Of a stretch of 64,000 nucleotides of DNA, positions 45,101 through 59,934 are shown piece after piece; position 1 is the stretch's first letter, and each line of letters begins with the position of its first letter. This DNA is from Nemertoderma westbladi (taxonomy: Eukaryota > Animalia > Xenacoelomorpha). Location of the stretch: the NCBI GenBank assembly GCA_032718475.1, contig JAUCBJ010001576.1, forward strand, positions 1 through 64,000. Reading direction: 5' to 3'. Both the position numbers and the translations under genes were made by a program. Below the pieces are notes generated by a model that saw only the letters and a list, made by a program, of their open reading frames with translations, was not told the DNA's origin and did not search any database.

Positions 45101-48100
45101 TGTAACGAAACGAGACCCACATAATGTAACGAAACGAGACCCACATAATGTAACGAAACGAGACCCACATAATGTAACGAAACGAGACCCACATAATGTA
45201 ACGAAACGAGACCCACATAATGTAACGAAACGAGACCCACATAATGTAACGAAACGAGACCCACATAATGTAACGAAACGAGACCCACATAATGTAACGA
45301 AACGAGACCCACATAATGTAACGAAACGAGACCCACATAATGTAACGAAACGAGACCCACATAATGTAACGAAACGAGACCCACATAATGTAACGAAACG
45401 AGACCCACATAATGTAACGAAACGAGACCCACATAATGTAACGAAACGAGACCCACATAATGTAACGAAACGAGACCCACATAATGTAACGAAACGAGAC
45501 CCACATAATGTAACGAAACGAGACCCACATAATGTAACGAAACGAGACCCACATAATGTAACGAAACGAGACCCACATAATGTAACGAAACGAGACCCAC
45601 ATAATGTAACGAAACGAGACCCACATAATGTAACGAAACGAGACCCACATAATGTAACGAAACGAGACCCACATAATGTAACGAAACGAGACCCACATAA
45701 TGTAACGAAACGAGACCCACATAATGTAACGAAACGAGACCCACATAATGTAACGAAACGAGACCCACATAATGTAACGAAACGAGACCCACATAATGTA
45801 ACGAAACGAGACCCACATAATGTAACGAAACGAGACCCACATAATGTAACGAAACGAGACCCACATAATGTAACGAAACGAGACCCACATAATGTAACGA
45901 AACGAGACCCACATAATGTAACGAAACGAGACCCACATAATGTAACGAAACGAGACCCACATAATGTAACGAAACGAGACCCACATAATGTAACGAAACG
46001 AGACCCACATAATGTAACGAAACGAGACCCACATAATGTAACGAAACGAGACCCACATAATGTAACGAAACGAGACCCACATAATGTAACGAAACGAGAC
46101 CCACATAATGTAACGAAACGAGACCCACATAATGTAACGAAACGAGACCCACATAATGTAACGAAACGAGACCCACATAATGTAACGAAACGAGACCCAC
46201 ATAATGTAACGAAACGAGACCCACATAATGTAACGAAACGAGACCCACATAATGTAACGAAACGAGACCCACATAATGTAACGAAACGAGACCCACATAA
46301 TGTAACGAAACGAGACCCACATAATGTAACGAAACGAGACCCACATAATGTAACGAAACGAGACCCACATAATGTAACGAAACGAGACCCACATAATGTA
46401 ACGAAACGAGACCCACATAATGTAACGAAACGAGACCCACATAATGTAACGAAACGAGACCCACATAATGTAACGAAACGAGACCCACATAATGTAACGA
46501 AACGAGACCCACATAATGTAACGAAACGAGACCCACATAATGTAACGAAACGAGACCCACATAATGTAACGAAACGAGACCCACATAATGTAACGAAACG
46601 AGACCCACATAATGTAACGAAACGAGACCCACATAATGTAACGAAACGAGACCCACATAATGTAACGAAACGAGACCCACATAATGTAACGAAACGAGAC
46701 CCACATAATGTAACGAAACGAGACCCACATAATGTAACGAAACGAGACCCACATAATGTAACGAAACGAGACCCACATAATGTAACGAAACGAGACCCAC
46801 ATAATGTAACGAAACGAGACCCACATAATGTAACGAAACGAGACCCACATAATGTAACGAAACGAGACCCACATAATGTAACGAAACGAGACCCACATAA
46901 TGTAACGAAACGAGACCCACATAATGTAACGAAACGAGACCCACATAATGTAACGAAACGAGACCCACATAATGTAACGAAACGAGACCCACATAATGTA
47001 ACGAAACGAGACCCACATAATGTAACGAAACGAGACCCACATAATGTAACGAAACGAGACCCACATAATGTAACGAAACGAGACCCACATAATGTAACGA
47101 AACGAGACCCACATAATGTAACGAAACGAGACCCACATAATGTAACGAAACGAGACCCACATAATGTAACGAAACGAGACCCACATAATGTAACGAAACG
47201 AGACCCACATAATGTAACGAAACGAGACCCACATAATGTAACGAAACGAGACCCACATAATGTAACGAAACGAGACCCACATAATGTAACGAAACGAGAC
47301 CCACATAATGTAACGAAACGAGACCCACATAATGTAACGAAACGAGACCCACATAATGTAACGAAACGAGACCCACATAATGTAACGAAACGAGACCCAC
47401 ATAATGTAACGAAACGAGACCCACATAATGTAACGAAACGAGACCCACATAATGTAACGAAACGAGACCCACATAATGTAACGAAACGAGACCCACATAA
47501 TGTAACGAAACGAGACCCACATAATGTAACGAAACGAGACCCACATAATGTAACGAAACGAGACCCACATAATGTAACGAAACGAGACCCACATAATGTA
47601 ACGAAACGAGACCCACATAATGTAACGAAACGAGACCCACATAATGTAACGAAACGAGACCCACATAATGTAACGAAACGAGACCCACATAATGTAACGA
47701 AACGAGACCCACATAATGTAACGAAACGAGACCCACATAATGTAACGAAACGAGACCCACATAATGTAACGAAACGAGACCCACATAATGTAACGAAACG
47801 AGACCCACATAATGTAACGAAACGAGACCCACATAATGTAACGAAACGAGACCCACATAATGTAACGAAACGAGACCCACATAATGTAACGAAACGAGAC
47901 CCACATAATGTAACGAAACGAGACCCACATAATGTAACGAAACGAGACCCACATAATGTAACGAAACGAGACCCACATAATGTAACGAAACGAGACCCAC
48001 ATAATGTAACGAAACGAGACCCACATAATGTAACGAAACGAGACCCACATAATGTAACGAAACGAGACCCACATAATGTAACGAAACGAGACCCACATAA

Positions 48101-50496
48101 TGTAACGAAACGAGACCCACATAATGTAACGAAACGAGACCCACATAATGTAACGAAACGAGACCCACATAATGTAACGAAACGAGACCCACATAATGTA
48201 ACGAAACGAGACCCACATAATGTAACGAAACGAGACCCACATAATGTAACGAAACGAGACCCACATAATGTAACGAAACGAGACCCACATAATGTAACGA
48301 AACGAGACCCACATAATGTAACGAAACGAGACCCACATAATGTAACGAAACGAGACCCACATAATGTAACGAAACGAGACCCACATAATGTAACGAAACG
48401 AGACCCACATAATGTAACGAAACGAGACCCACATAATGTAACGAAACGAGACCCACATAATGTAACGAAACGAGACCCACATAATGTAACGAAACGAGAC
48501 CCACATAATGTAACGAAACGAGACCCACATAATGTAACGAAACGAGACCCACATAATGTAACGAAACGAGACCCACATAATGTAACGAAACGAGACCCAC
48601 ATAATGTAACGAAACGAGACCCACATAATGTAACGAAACGAGACCCACATAATGTAACGAAACGAGACCCACATAATGTAACGAAACGAGACCCACATAA
48701 TGTAACGAAACGAGACCCACATAATGTAACGAAACGAGACCCACATAATGTAACGAAACGAGACCCACATAATGTAACGAAACGAGACCCACATAATGTA
48801 ACGAAACGAGACCCACATAATGTAACGAAACGAGACCCACATAATGTAACGAAACGAGACCCACATAATGTAACGAAACGAGACCCACATAATGTAACGA
48901 AACGAGACCCACATAATGTAACGAAACGAGACCCACATAATGTAACGAAACGAGACCCACATAATGTAACGAAACGAGACCCACATAATGTAACGAAACG
49001 AGACCCACATAATGTAACGAAACGAGACCCACATAATGTAACGAAACGAGACCCACATAATGTAACGAAACGAGACCCACATAATGTAACGAAACGAGAC
49101 CCACATAATGTAACGAAACGTGACCCACATAATGTAACGAAACGAGACCCACATAATGTAACGAAACGAGACCCACATAATGTAACGAAACGAGACCCAC
49201 ATAATGTAACGAAACGAGACCCACATAATGTAACGAAACGAGACCCACATAATGTAACGAAACGAGACCCACATAATGTAACGAAACGAGACCCACATAA
49301 TGTAACGAAACGAGACCCACATAATGTAACGAAACGTGACCCACATAATGTAACGAAACGAGACCCACATAATGTAACGAAACGAGACCCACATAATGTA
49401 ACGAAACGAGACCCACATAATGTAACGAAACGAGACCCACATAATGTTAAGAAACGAGACCCACATAATGTAACGAAACGAGACCCACATAATGTAACGA
49501 AACGAGACCCACATAATGTAACGAAACGAGACCCACATAATGTAACGAAACGTGACCCACATAATGTAACGAAACGAGACCCACATAATGTAACGAAACG
49601 AGACCCACATAATGTAACGAAACGAGACCCACATAATGTAACGAAACGAGACCCACATAATGTAACGAAACGAGACCCACATAATGTAACGAAACGAGAC
49701 CCACATAATGTAACGAAACGTGACCCACATAATGTAACGAAACGAGACCCACATAATGTAACGAAACGAGACCCACATAATGTAACGAAACGAGACCCAC
49801 ATAATGTAACGAAACGTGACCCACATAATGTAACGAAACGAGACCCACATAATGTAACGAAACGAGACCCACATAATGTAACGAAACGAGACCCACATAA
49901 TGTAAAGAAACGCGACCCACATAATGTAACGAAACGAGACCCACATAATGTAACGAAACGAGACCCACATAATGTAACGAAACGAGACCCACATAATGTA
50001 ACGAAACGAGACCCACATAATGTTAAGAAACGAGACCCACATAATGTAACGAAACGAGACCCACATAATGTAACGAAACGAGACCCACATAATGTAACGA
50101 AACGAGACCCACATAATGTTAAGAAACGAGACCCACATAATGTAACGAAACGAGACCCACATAATGTAACGAAACGAGACCCACATAATGTAACGAAACG
50201 TGACCCACATAATGTAACGAAACGAGACCCACATAATGTAACGAAACGAGACCCACATAATGTAACGAAACGAGACCCACATAATGTAACGAAACGAGAC
50301 CCACATAATGTAACGAAACGAGACCCACATAATGTAACGAAACGTGACCCACATAATGTAACGAAACGAGACCCACATAATGTAACGAAACGAGACCCAC
50401 ATAATGTAACGAAACGAGACCCACATAATGTAACGAAACGATACCCACATAATGTAACGAAACGAGACCCACATAATGTAACGAAACGATACCCAC
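42142..50496. repeat. 24-bp satellite (about 348 copies) inside a KIF3B intron
   Basis: Unit ACATAATGTAACGAAACGAGACCC; invariant core about 43750-49110, variants at both edges. Confidence 0.98.
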
Positions 50497-53400
50497 GCAA
50501 TACCAGAGCCCTCCACGCAATACCAGAGCCCTCCACGCAATCCCAGAGCCCTCCACGCAATACCAGATCCCTCCACGCAATACCAGATCCCTCCACGCAA
50601 TACCAGAGCCCTCCACGCAATACCAGAGCCCTCCACGCAATACCAGAGCCCTCCACGCAATACCAGATCCCTCCACGCAATACCAGAGCCCTCCACGCAA
50701 TACCAGAGCCCTCCACGCAATCCCAGAGCCCTCCACGCAATACCAGAGCCCTCCACGCAATACCAGAGCCCTCCACGCAATACCAGATCCCTCCACGCAA
50801 TACCAGAGCCCTCCAAGCAATACCAGATCCCTCCACGCAATACCAGAGCCCTCCACGCAATACCAGAGCCCTCCACGCAATACCAGAGCCCTCCACGCAA
50901 TACCAGAGCCCTCCACGCAATACCAGAGCCCTCCACGCAATACCAGATCCCTCCACGCAATACCAGAGCCCTCCAAGCAATACCAGATCCCTCCACGCAA
51001 TACCAGAGCCCTCCACGCAATACCAGAGCCCTCCACGCAATACCAGAGCCCTCCACGCAATCCCAGAGCCCTCCACGCAATACCAGAGCCCTCCACGCAA
51101 TACCAGAGCCCTCCACGCAATCCCAGAGCCCTCCACGCAATACCAGAGCCCTCCACGCAATACCAGAGCCCTCCACGCAATCCCAGAGCCCTCCACGCAA
51201 TACCAGAGCCCTCCACGCAATACCAGAGCCCTCCACGCAATACCAGAGCCCTCCACGCAATACCAGCGCCCTCCACGCAATACCAGAGCCCTCCACGCAA
51301 TACCAGAGCCCTCCACGCAATACCAGAGCCTTCCACGCAATACCAGAGCCCTCCACGCAATACCAGAGCCCTCCACGCAATACCAGAGCCCTCCACGCAA
51401 TACTAGAGCCCTCCACGCAATACCAGAGCCCTCCACGCAATACCAGAGCCCTCCACGCAATACCAGAGCCCTCCACGCAATACCAGAGCCCTCCACGCAA
51501 TACCAGAGCCCTCCACGTAATACCAGAGCCCTCTACGCAATACCAGAGCCCTCCACGCAATACCAGAGCCCTCCACGCAATACCAGAGCCCTCCACGCAA
51601 TACCAGAGCCCTCCACGCAATACCAGAGCCCTCCACGCAATACCAGAGCCCTCCACGCAATCCCAGAGCCCTCCACGCAATCCCAGAGCCCTCCACGCAA
51701 TACCAGAGCCCTCCACGCAATACCAGATCCCTCCACGCAATACCAGATCCCTCCACGCAATACCAGAGCCCTCCACGCAATACCAGAGCCCTCCACGCAA
51801 TACCAGAGCCCTCCACGCAATACCAGATCCCTCCACGCAATACCAGATCCCTCCACGCAATACCAGAGCCCTCTACGCAATACCAGATCCCTCCACGCAA
51901 TCCCAGAGCCCTCCACGCAATACCAGAGCCCTCCACGCAATCCCAGAGCCCTCCACGCAATCCCAGAGCCCTCCACGCAATACCAGAGCCCTCCACGCAA
52001 TACCAGAGCCCTCCACGCAATACCAGAGCCCTCTACGCAATAACGGAGTCCTCCACGCAGTACCAGATCCCTCCACGCAATCCCAGAGCCCTCCACGCAA
52101 TCCCAGAGCCCTCCACGCAATACCAGAGCCCTCCACGCAATACCAGAGCCCTCCACGCAGTACCAGAGCCCTCCACGCAATACCAGAGCCCTCCACGCAA
52201 TACCAGAGCCTTCCACGCAATACCAGAGCCCTCCACGCAATACTAGAGCCCTCCACGCAATCCCAGAGCCCTCCACGCAATCCCAGAGCCCTCCACGCAA
52301 TACCAGAGCCCTCCACGCAATACCAGCGCCCTCCACGCAATACCAGAGCCCTCCACGCAATACCAGAGCCCTCTACGCAATACCAGAGCCTTCCACGCAA
52401 TACCAGAGCCCTCCACGCAATACCAGAGCCCTCCACGCAATACCAGAGCCCTCCACGCAATACCAGAGCCCTCTACGCAATACCAGAGCCTTCCACGCAA
52501 TACCAGAGCCCTCCACGCAATACCAGAGCCCTCCACGCAATACCAGAGCCCTCCACGCAATACCAGAGCCCTCCACGCAATCCCAGAGCCCTCCACGCAA
52601 TACCAGAGCCCTCCACGCAATACCAGAGCCCTCTACGCAATACCAGAGCCTTCCACGCAATACCAGAGCCCTCCACGCAATACCAGAGCCCTCCACGCAA
52701 TACCAGAGCCCTCCACGCAGTACCAGAGCCCTCCACGCAATACCAGAGCCCTCCACGCAATACCAGAGCCCTCCACGCAATACCAGAGCCCTCTACGCAA
52801 TACCAGAGCCTTCCACGCAATACCAGAGCCCTCCACGCAATACCAGAGCCCTCCACGCAATACCAGAGCCCTCCACGCAATACCAGAGCCCTCTACGCAA
52901 TACCAGAGCCTTCCACGCAATACCAGAGCCCTCCACGCAATACCAGAGCCCTCCACGCAATACCAGAGCCCTCCACGCAATACCAGCGCCCTCCACGCAA
53001 TACCAGAGCCCTCTACGCAATACCAGAGCCTTCCACGCAATACCAGAGCCCTCCACGCAATACCAGAGCCCTCCACGCAATACCAGAGCCCTCCACGCAA
53101 TAACGGAGTCCTCCACGCAATACTAGAGCCCTCCACGCAATACCAGAGTCCTCCACGCAATACCAGAGCCATCTACGCAATACCAGAGCCCTCTACGCAA
53201 TACCAGAGCCCTCTACGCAATACCAGAGCCCTCCACGCAATACCAGAGTCCTCCACGCAATACCAGAGCCCTCCACGCAATACCAGAGCCCTCCACGCAA
53301 TACCAGAGCCCTCCACGCAATACCAGAGCCCTCCACGCAATACCAGATCCCTCCACGCAATACCAGAGCCCTCCACGCAGTACCAGAGCCCTCCACGCAA

Positions 53401-56400
53401 TACCAGAGCCCTCCACGCAATACCAGAGTCCTCCACGCAATACCAGAGCCCTCCACGCAATACCAGATCCCTCCACGCAATACCAGAGCCCTCCACGCAA
53501 TACCAGAGCCCTCCACGCAATACCAGAGCCCTCCACGCAATACCAGCGCCCTCCACGCAATACCAGATCCCTCCACGCAATACCAGAGCCCTCCACGCAG
53601 TACCAGATCCCTCCACGCAATACCAGAGCCCTCCACGCAGTACCAGATCCCTCCACGCAATACCAGAGCCCTCCACGCAATACCAGAGTCCTCCACGCAA
53701 TACCAGAGCCCTCCACGCAATACCAGATCCCTCCACGCAATACCAGAGCCCTCCACGCAGTACCAGATCCCTCCACGCAATACCAGAGCCCTCCACGCAA
53801 TACCAGAGCCCTCCACGCAATACCAGAGCCCTCCACGCAATACCAGAGCCCTCCACGCAATACCAGAGCCCTCCACGCAGTACCAGATCCCTCCACGCAA
53901 TACCAGAGCCCTCCACGCAGTACCAGATCCCTCCACGCAATACCAGAGCCCTCCACGCAATACCAGAGTCCTCCACGCAATACCAGAGCCCTCCACGCAA
54001 TACCAGATCCCTCCACGCAATACCAGAGCCCTCCACGCAGTACCAGATCCCTCCACGCAATACCAGAGCCCTCCACGCAATACCAGAGCCCTCCACGCAA
54101 TACCAGAGCCCTCCACGCAATACCAGAGCCCTCCACGCAATACCAGAGCCCTCCACGCAATACCAGATCCCTCCACGCAATACCAGATCCCTCCACGCAA
54201 TACCAGAGCCCTCCACGCAATAACGGAGTCCTCCACGCAATACTAGAGCCCTCCACGCAATACCAGAGTCCTCCACGCAATACCAGAGTCCTCCACGCAA
54301 TACCAGATCCCTCCACGCAATACCAGAGCCCTCCACGCAATACCAGCGCCCTCCACGCAATACCAGATCCCTCCACGCAATACCAGAGCCCTCCACGCAA
54401 TACCAGAGCCCTCCACGCAATACCAGCGCCCTCCACGCAATACCAGATCCCTCCACGCAATACCAGATCCCTCCACGCAATACCAGAGCCCTCCACGCAA
54501 TAACGGAGTCCTCCACGCAATACTAGAGCCCTCCACGCAATACCAGAGTCCTCCACGCAATACCAGAGTCCTCCACGCAATACCAGATCCCTCCACGCAA
54601 TACCAGAGCCCTCCACGCAATACCAGCGCCCTCCACGCAATACCAGATCCCTCCACGCAATACCAGAGCCCTCCACGCAATACCAGATCCCTCCACGCAA
54701 TACCAGATCCCTCCACGCAATACCAGAGCCCTCCACGCAATAACGGAGTCCTCCACGCAATACTAGAGCCCTCCACGCAATACCAGAGTCCTCCACGCAA
54801 TACCAGAGTCCTCCACGCAATACCAGATCCCTCCACGCAATACCAGAGCCCTCCACGCAATACCAGCGCCCTCCACGCAATACCAGATCCCTCCACGCAA
54901 TACCAGATCCCTCCACGCAATACCAGAGCCCTCCACGCAATACCAGAGCCCTCCACGCAATACCAGCGCCCTCCACGCAATACCAGAGCCCTCCACGCAA
55001 TACCAGAGCCCTCCACGCAATAACGGAGCCCTCCACGCAATAACGGAGCCCTCCACGCAATACCAGAGCCCTCCACGCAATACCAGCGCCCTCCACGCAA
55101 TACCAGATCCCTCCACGCAATACCAGATCCCTCCACGCAATACCAGATCCCTCCACGCAATACCAGATCCCTCCACGCAATACCAGAGCCCTCCACGCAA
55201 TAACGGAGTCCTCCACGCAATACTAGAGCCCTCCACGCAATACCAGAGTCCTCCACGCAATACCAGAGTCCTCCACGCAATACCAGATCCCTCCACGCAA
55301 TACCAGAGCCCTCCACGCAATACCAGCGCCCTCCACGCAATACCAGATCCCTCCACGCAATACCAGAGCCCTCCACGCAATACCAGAGCCCTCCACGCAA
55401 TACCAGAGCCCTCCACGCAATACCAGAGCCCTCCACGCAGTACCAGAGCCCTCCACGCAATACCAGAGTCCTCCACGCAATACCAGAGCCCTCCACGCAA
55501 TACCAGAGCCCTCCACGCAATACCAGAGCCCTCCACGCAATACCAGAGCCCTCCACGCAATACCAGAGCCCTCCACGCAATACCAGAGCCCTCCACGCAA
55601 TACCAGAGCCCTCCACGCAATACCAGAGCCCTCCACGCAATACCAGAGCCCTCCACGCAATACCAGAGCCCTCCACGCAATCCCAGAGCCCTCCACGCAA
55701 TACCAGAGCCCTCCACGCAATACCAGAGCCCTCCACGCAATACCAGAGCCCTCCACGCAATACCAGAGCCCTCCACGCAATACCAGAGCCCTCCACGCAA
55801 TACCAGAGCCCTCCACGCAATACCAGAGCCCTCCACGCAATACCAGAGCCCTCCACGCAATACCAGAGCCCTCCACGCAATACCAGAGCCCTCCACGCAA
55901 TACCAGAGCCCTCCACGCAATACCAGAGCCCTCCACGCAATACCAGAGCCCTCCACGCAATACCAGAGCCCTCCACGCAATACCAGAGCCCTCCACGCAA
56001 TACCAGAGCCCTCCACGCAATACCAGAGCCCTCCACGCAATACCAGAGCCCTCCACGCAATACCAGAGCCCTCCACGCAATACCAGAGCCCTCCACGCAA
56101 TACCAGAGCCCTCCACGCAATACCAGAGCCCTCCACGCAATACCAGAGCCCTCCACGCAATACCAGAGCCCTCCACGCAATACCAGAGCCCTCCACGCAA
56201 TACCAGAGCCCTCCACGCAATACCAGAGCCCTCCACGCAATACCAGAGCCCTCCACGCAATACCAGAGCCCTCCACGCAATACCAGAGCCCTCCACGCAA
56301 TACCAGAGCCCTCCACGCAATACCAGAGCCCTCCACGCAATACCAGAGCCCTCCACGCAATACCAGATCCCTCCACGCAATACCAGAGCCCTCCACGCAA

Positions 56401-59175
56401 TACCAGAGCCCTCCACGCAATACCAGAGCCCTCCACGCAATACCAGAGCCCTCCACGCAATACCAGAGCCCTCCACGCAATACCAGAGCCCTCCACGCAA
56501 TACCAGAGCCCTCCACGCAATACCAGAGCCCTCCACGCAATACCAGAGCCCTCCACGCAATACCAGAGCCCTCCACGCAATACCAGAGCCCTCCACGCAA
56601 TACCAGAGCCCTCCACGCAATACCAGAGCCCTCCACGCAATACCAGAGCCCTCCACGCAATACCAGAGCCCTCCACGCAATACCAGAGCCCTCCACGCAA
56701 TACCAGAGCCCTCCACGCAATACCAGAGCCCTCCACGCAATACCAGAGCCCTCCACGCAATACCAGAGCCCTCCACGCAATACCAGAGCCCTCCACGCAA
56801 TACCAGAGCCCTCCACGCAATACCAGAGCCCTCCACGCAATACCAGAGCCCTCCACGCAATACCAGAGCCCTCCACGCAATACCAGAGCCCTCCACGCAA
56901 TACCAGAGCCCTCCACGCAATACCAGAGCCCTCCACGCAATACCAGAGCCCTCCACGCAATACCAGAGCCCTCCACGCAATACCAGAGCCCTCCACGCAA
57001 TACCAGAGCCCTCCACGCAATACCAGAGCCCTCCACGCAATACCAGAGCCCTCCACGCAATACCAGAGCCCTCCACGCAATACCAGAGCCCTCCACGCAA
57101 TACCAGAGCCCTCCACGCAATACCAGAGCCCTCCACGCAATACCAGAGCCCTCCACGCAATACCAGAGCCCTCCACGCAATACCAGAGCCCTCCACGCAA
57201 TACCAGAGCCCTCCACGCAATACCAGAGCCCTCCACGCAATACCAGAGCCCTCCACGCAATACCAGAGCCCTCCACGCAATACCAGAGCCCTCCACGCAA
57301 TACCAGAGCCCTCCACGCAATACCAGAGCCCTCCACGCAATACCAGAGCCCTCCACGCAATACCAGAGCCCTCCACGCAATACCAGAGCCCTCCACGCAA
57401 TACCAGAGCCCTCCACGCAATACCAGAGCCCTCCACGCAATACCAGAGCCCTCCACGCAATACCAGAGCCCTCCACGCAATACCAGAGCCCTCCACGCAA
57501 TACCAGAGCCCTCCACGCAATACCAGAGCCCTCCACGCAATACCAGAGCCCTCCACGCAATACCAGAGCCCTCCACGCAATACCAGAGCCCTCCACGCAA
57601 TACCAGAGCCCTCCACGCAATACCAGAGCCCTCCACGCAATACCAGAGCCCTCCACGCAATACCAGAGCCCTCCACGCAATACCAGAGCCCTCCACGCAA
57701 TACCAGAGCCCTCCACGCAATACCAGAGCCCTCCACGCAATACCAGAGCCCTCCACGCAATACCAGAGCCCTCCACGCAATACCAGAGCCCTCCACGCAA
57801 TACCAGAGCCCTCCACGCAATACCAGAGCCCTCCACGCAATACCAGAGCCCTCCACGCAATACCAGAGCCCTCCACGCAATACCAGAGCCCTCCACGCAA
57901 TACCAGAGCCCTCCACGCAATACCAGAGCCCTCCACGCAATACCAGAGCCCTCCACGCAATACCAGAGCCCTCCACGCAATACCAGAGCCCTCCACGCAA
58001 TACCAGAGCCCTCCACGCAATACCAGAGCCCTCCACGCAATACCAGAGCCCTCCACGCAATACCAGAGCCCTCCACGCAATACCAGAGCCCTCCACGCAA
58101 TACCAGAGCCCTCCACGCAATACCAGAGCCCTCCACGCAATACCAGAGCCCTCCACGCAATACCAGAGCCCTCCACGCAATACCAGAGCCCTCCACGCAA
58201 TACCAGAGCCCTCCACGCAATACCAGAGCCCTCCACGCAATACCAGAGCCCTCCACGCAATACCAGAGCCCTCCACGCAATACCAGAGCCCTCCACGCAA
58301 TACCAGAGCCCTCCACGCAATACCAGAGCCCTCCACGCAATACCAGAGCCCTCCACGCAATACCAGAGCCCTCCACGCAATACCAGAGCCCTCCACGCAA
58401 TACCAGAGCCCTCCACGCAATACCAGATCCCTCCACGCAATACCAGAGCCCTCCACGCAATACCAGAGCCCTCCACGCAATACCAGATCCCTCCACGCAA
58501 TACCAGAGCCCTCCACGCAATACCAGAGCCCTCCACGCAATACCAGAGCCCTCCACGCAATACCAGATCCCTCCACGCAATACCAGAGCCCTCCACGCAA
58601 TACCAGAGCCCTCCACGCAATACCAGAGCCCTCCACGCAATACCAGAGCCCTCCACGCAATACCAGATCCCTCCACGCAATACCAGAGCCCTCCACGCAA
58701 TACCAGAGCCCTCCACGCAATACCAGAGCCCTCCACGCAATACCAGAGCCCTCTACGCAATACCAGAGCCTTCCACGCAATACCAGAGCCCTCCACGCAA
58801 TACCAGAGCCCTCCACGCAATACCAGAGCCCTCCACGCAGTACCAGAGCCCTCCACGCAATACCAGAGCCCTCCACGCAATACCAGAGCCCTCCACGCAA
58901 TACCAGAGCCCTCTACGCAATACCAGAGCCTTCCACGCAATACCAGAGCCCTCCACGCAATACCAGAGCCCTCCACGCAATACCAGAGCCCTCCACGCAA
59001 TACCAGAGCCCTCTACGCAATAACGGAGTCCTCCACGCAATACTAGAGCCCTCCACGCAATACCAGAGTCCTCCACGCAATACCAGATCCCTCCACGCAA
59101 TAGCAGAGCCCTCCACGCAATACCAGAGCCCTCCACGCAATAGCAGAGCCCTCCACGCAATACCAGATCCCTCCA
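50493..59175. repeat. 20-bp satellite (about 434 copies) inside the same KIF3B intron
   Basis: Unit CCACGCAATACCAGAGCCCT; near-invariant core about 55700-58420. Confidence 0.98.
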
Positions 59176-59263
59176 TGCCGAGTTCTGAGTTATTCCGCAG
59201 TAGTTCTATAGTTGGTGGTCATCTTGACTGTACCGGTATCATACCGTAGACTAGACAAGACAT

Positions 59264-59742
59264 TAGTGATGCAACGGGATCCCGATCCCGATCCCGAAAA
59301 TCGGGATCCCTATGGAAAATCCCGATCCCGCCCCGATACTGAGGGAAAAATATCGGTATTTTTCGGGATTTGCTATATCTGAAATTATATGCCCTGCAGC
59401 TTAAAATTTGTAAAATTTTATAAAAATTTGATTTTTGCCAATAACAAAAACAAAAATTTTGGAGGAAATACGTAAGAGGGAAATAAACCTCGCCTGTGAA
59501 CCATTTGAAAAAAGTCAGTGGATATTATTACATATCTAGTCATTTTATATTTACATGAGATTTCTCTAAAGTATTTTTTACTCATATAATGAGGGCAGGG
59601 AAGAAAGCTATTTAAAATTTTGGATGAGTATATATGGCCGCAATAAAATTAAAAATCCCGATCCCGAAAAACGGGATCCCGACAGTTACAATCCCCATCT
59701 CGAATCCTGAAAATTGTGGATCCCGATCCCGTTGCAACACTA
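59264..59742. mobile_element. hAT-like MITE (479 bp)
   Basis: TIR TAGTGATGCAACGGGATC versus reverse-complement TAGTGTTGCAACGGGATC; subterminal ATCCCG repeats; flanking 8-mers CAAGACAT / CGATAAAT match only 5 of 8. Confidence 0.7.
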
Positions 59743-59934
59743 CGATAAATACATCCAGACCCAACCCATAATTGTTATTCCAGTTCTTACATTGATAATG
59801 GACTTCAGTTGTGCCCGAAATATATTTATATTTACGTAATAAAATCGGAACTCATAATAATAACTTAATAATAATAAATGAATTAATAGTTGCTATAAAA
59901 TGTCAATTACACCAATACCAACACGCTCACTTAC

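Noticed and set aside
24780-59175. CRISPR-like appearance of the regular repeats
   Set aside because: The units are head-to-tail with no unique spacers, there are no cas genes, and the context is a spliceosomal eukaryotic gene.
42065-59176. ORFs of 1000-3100 aa on both strands over the 24-bp and 20-bp arrays
   Set aside because: Short units lacking stop codons are open in several frames at once, and the variants show no codon-position bias. These are artefacts.
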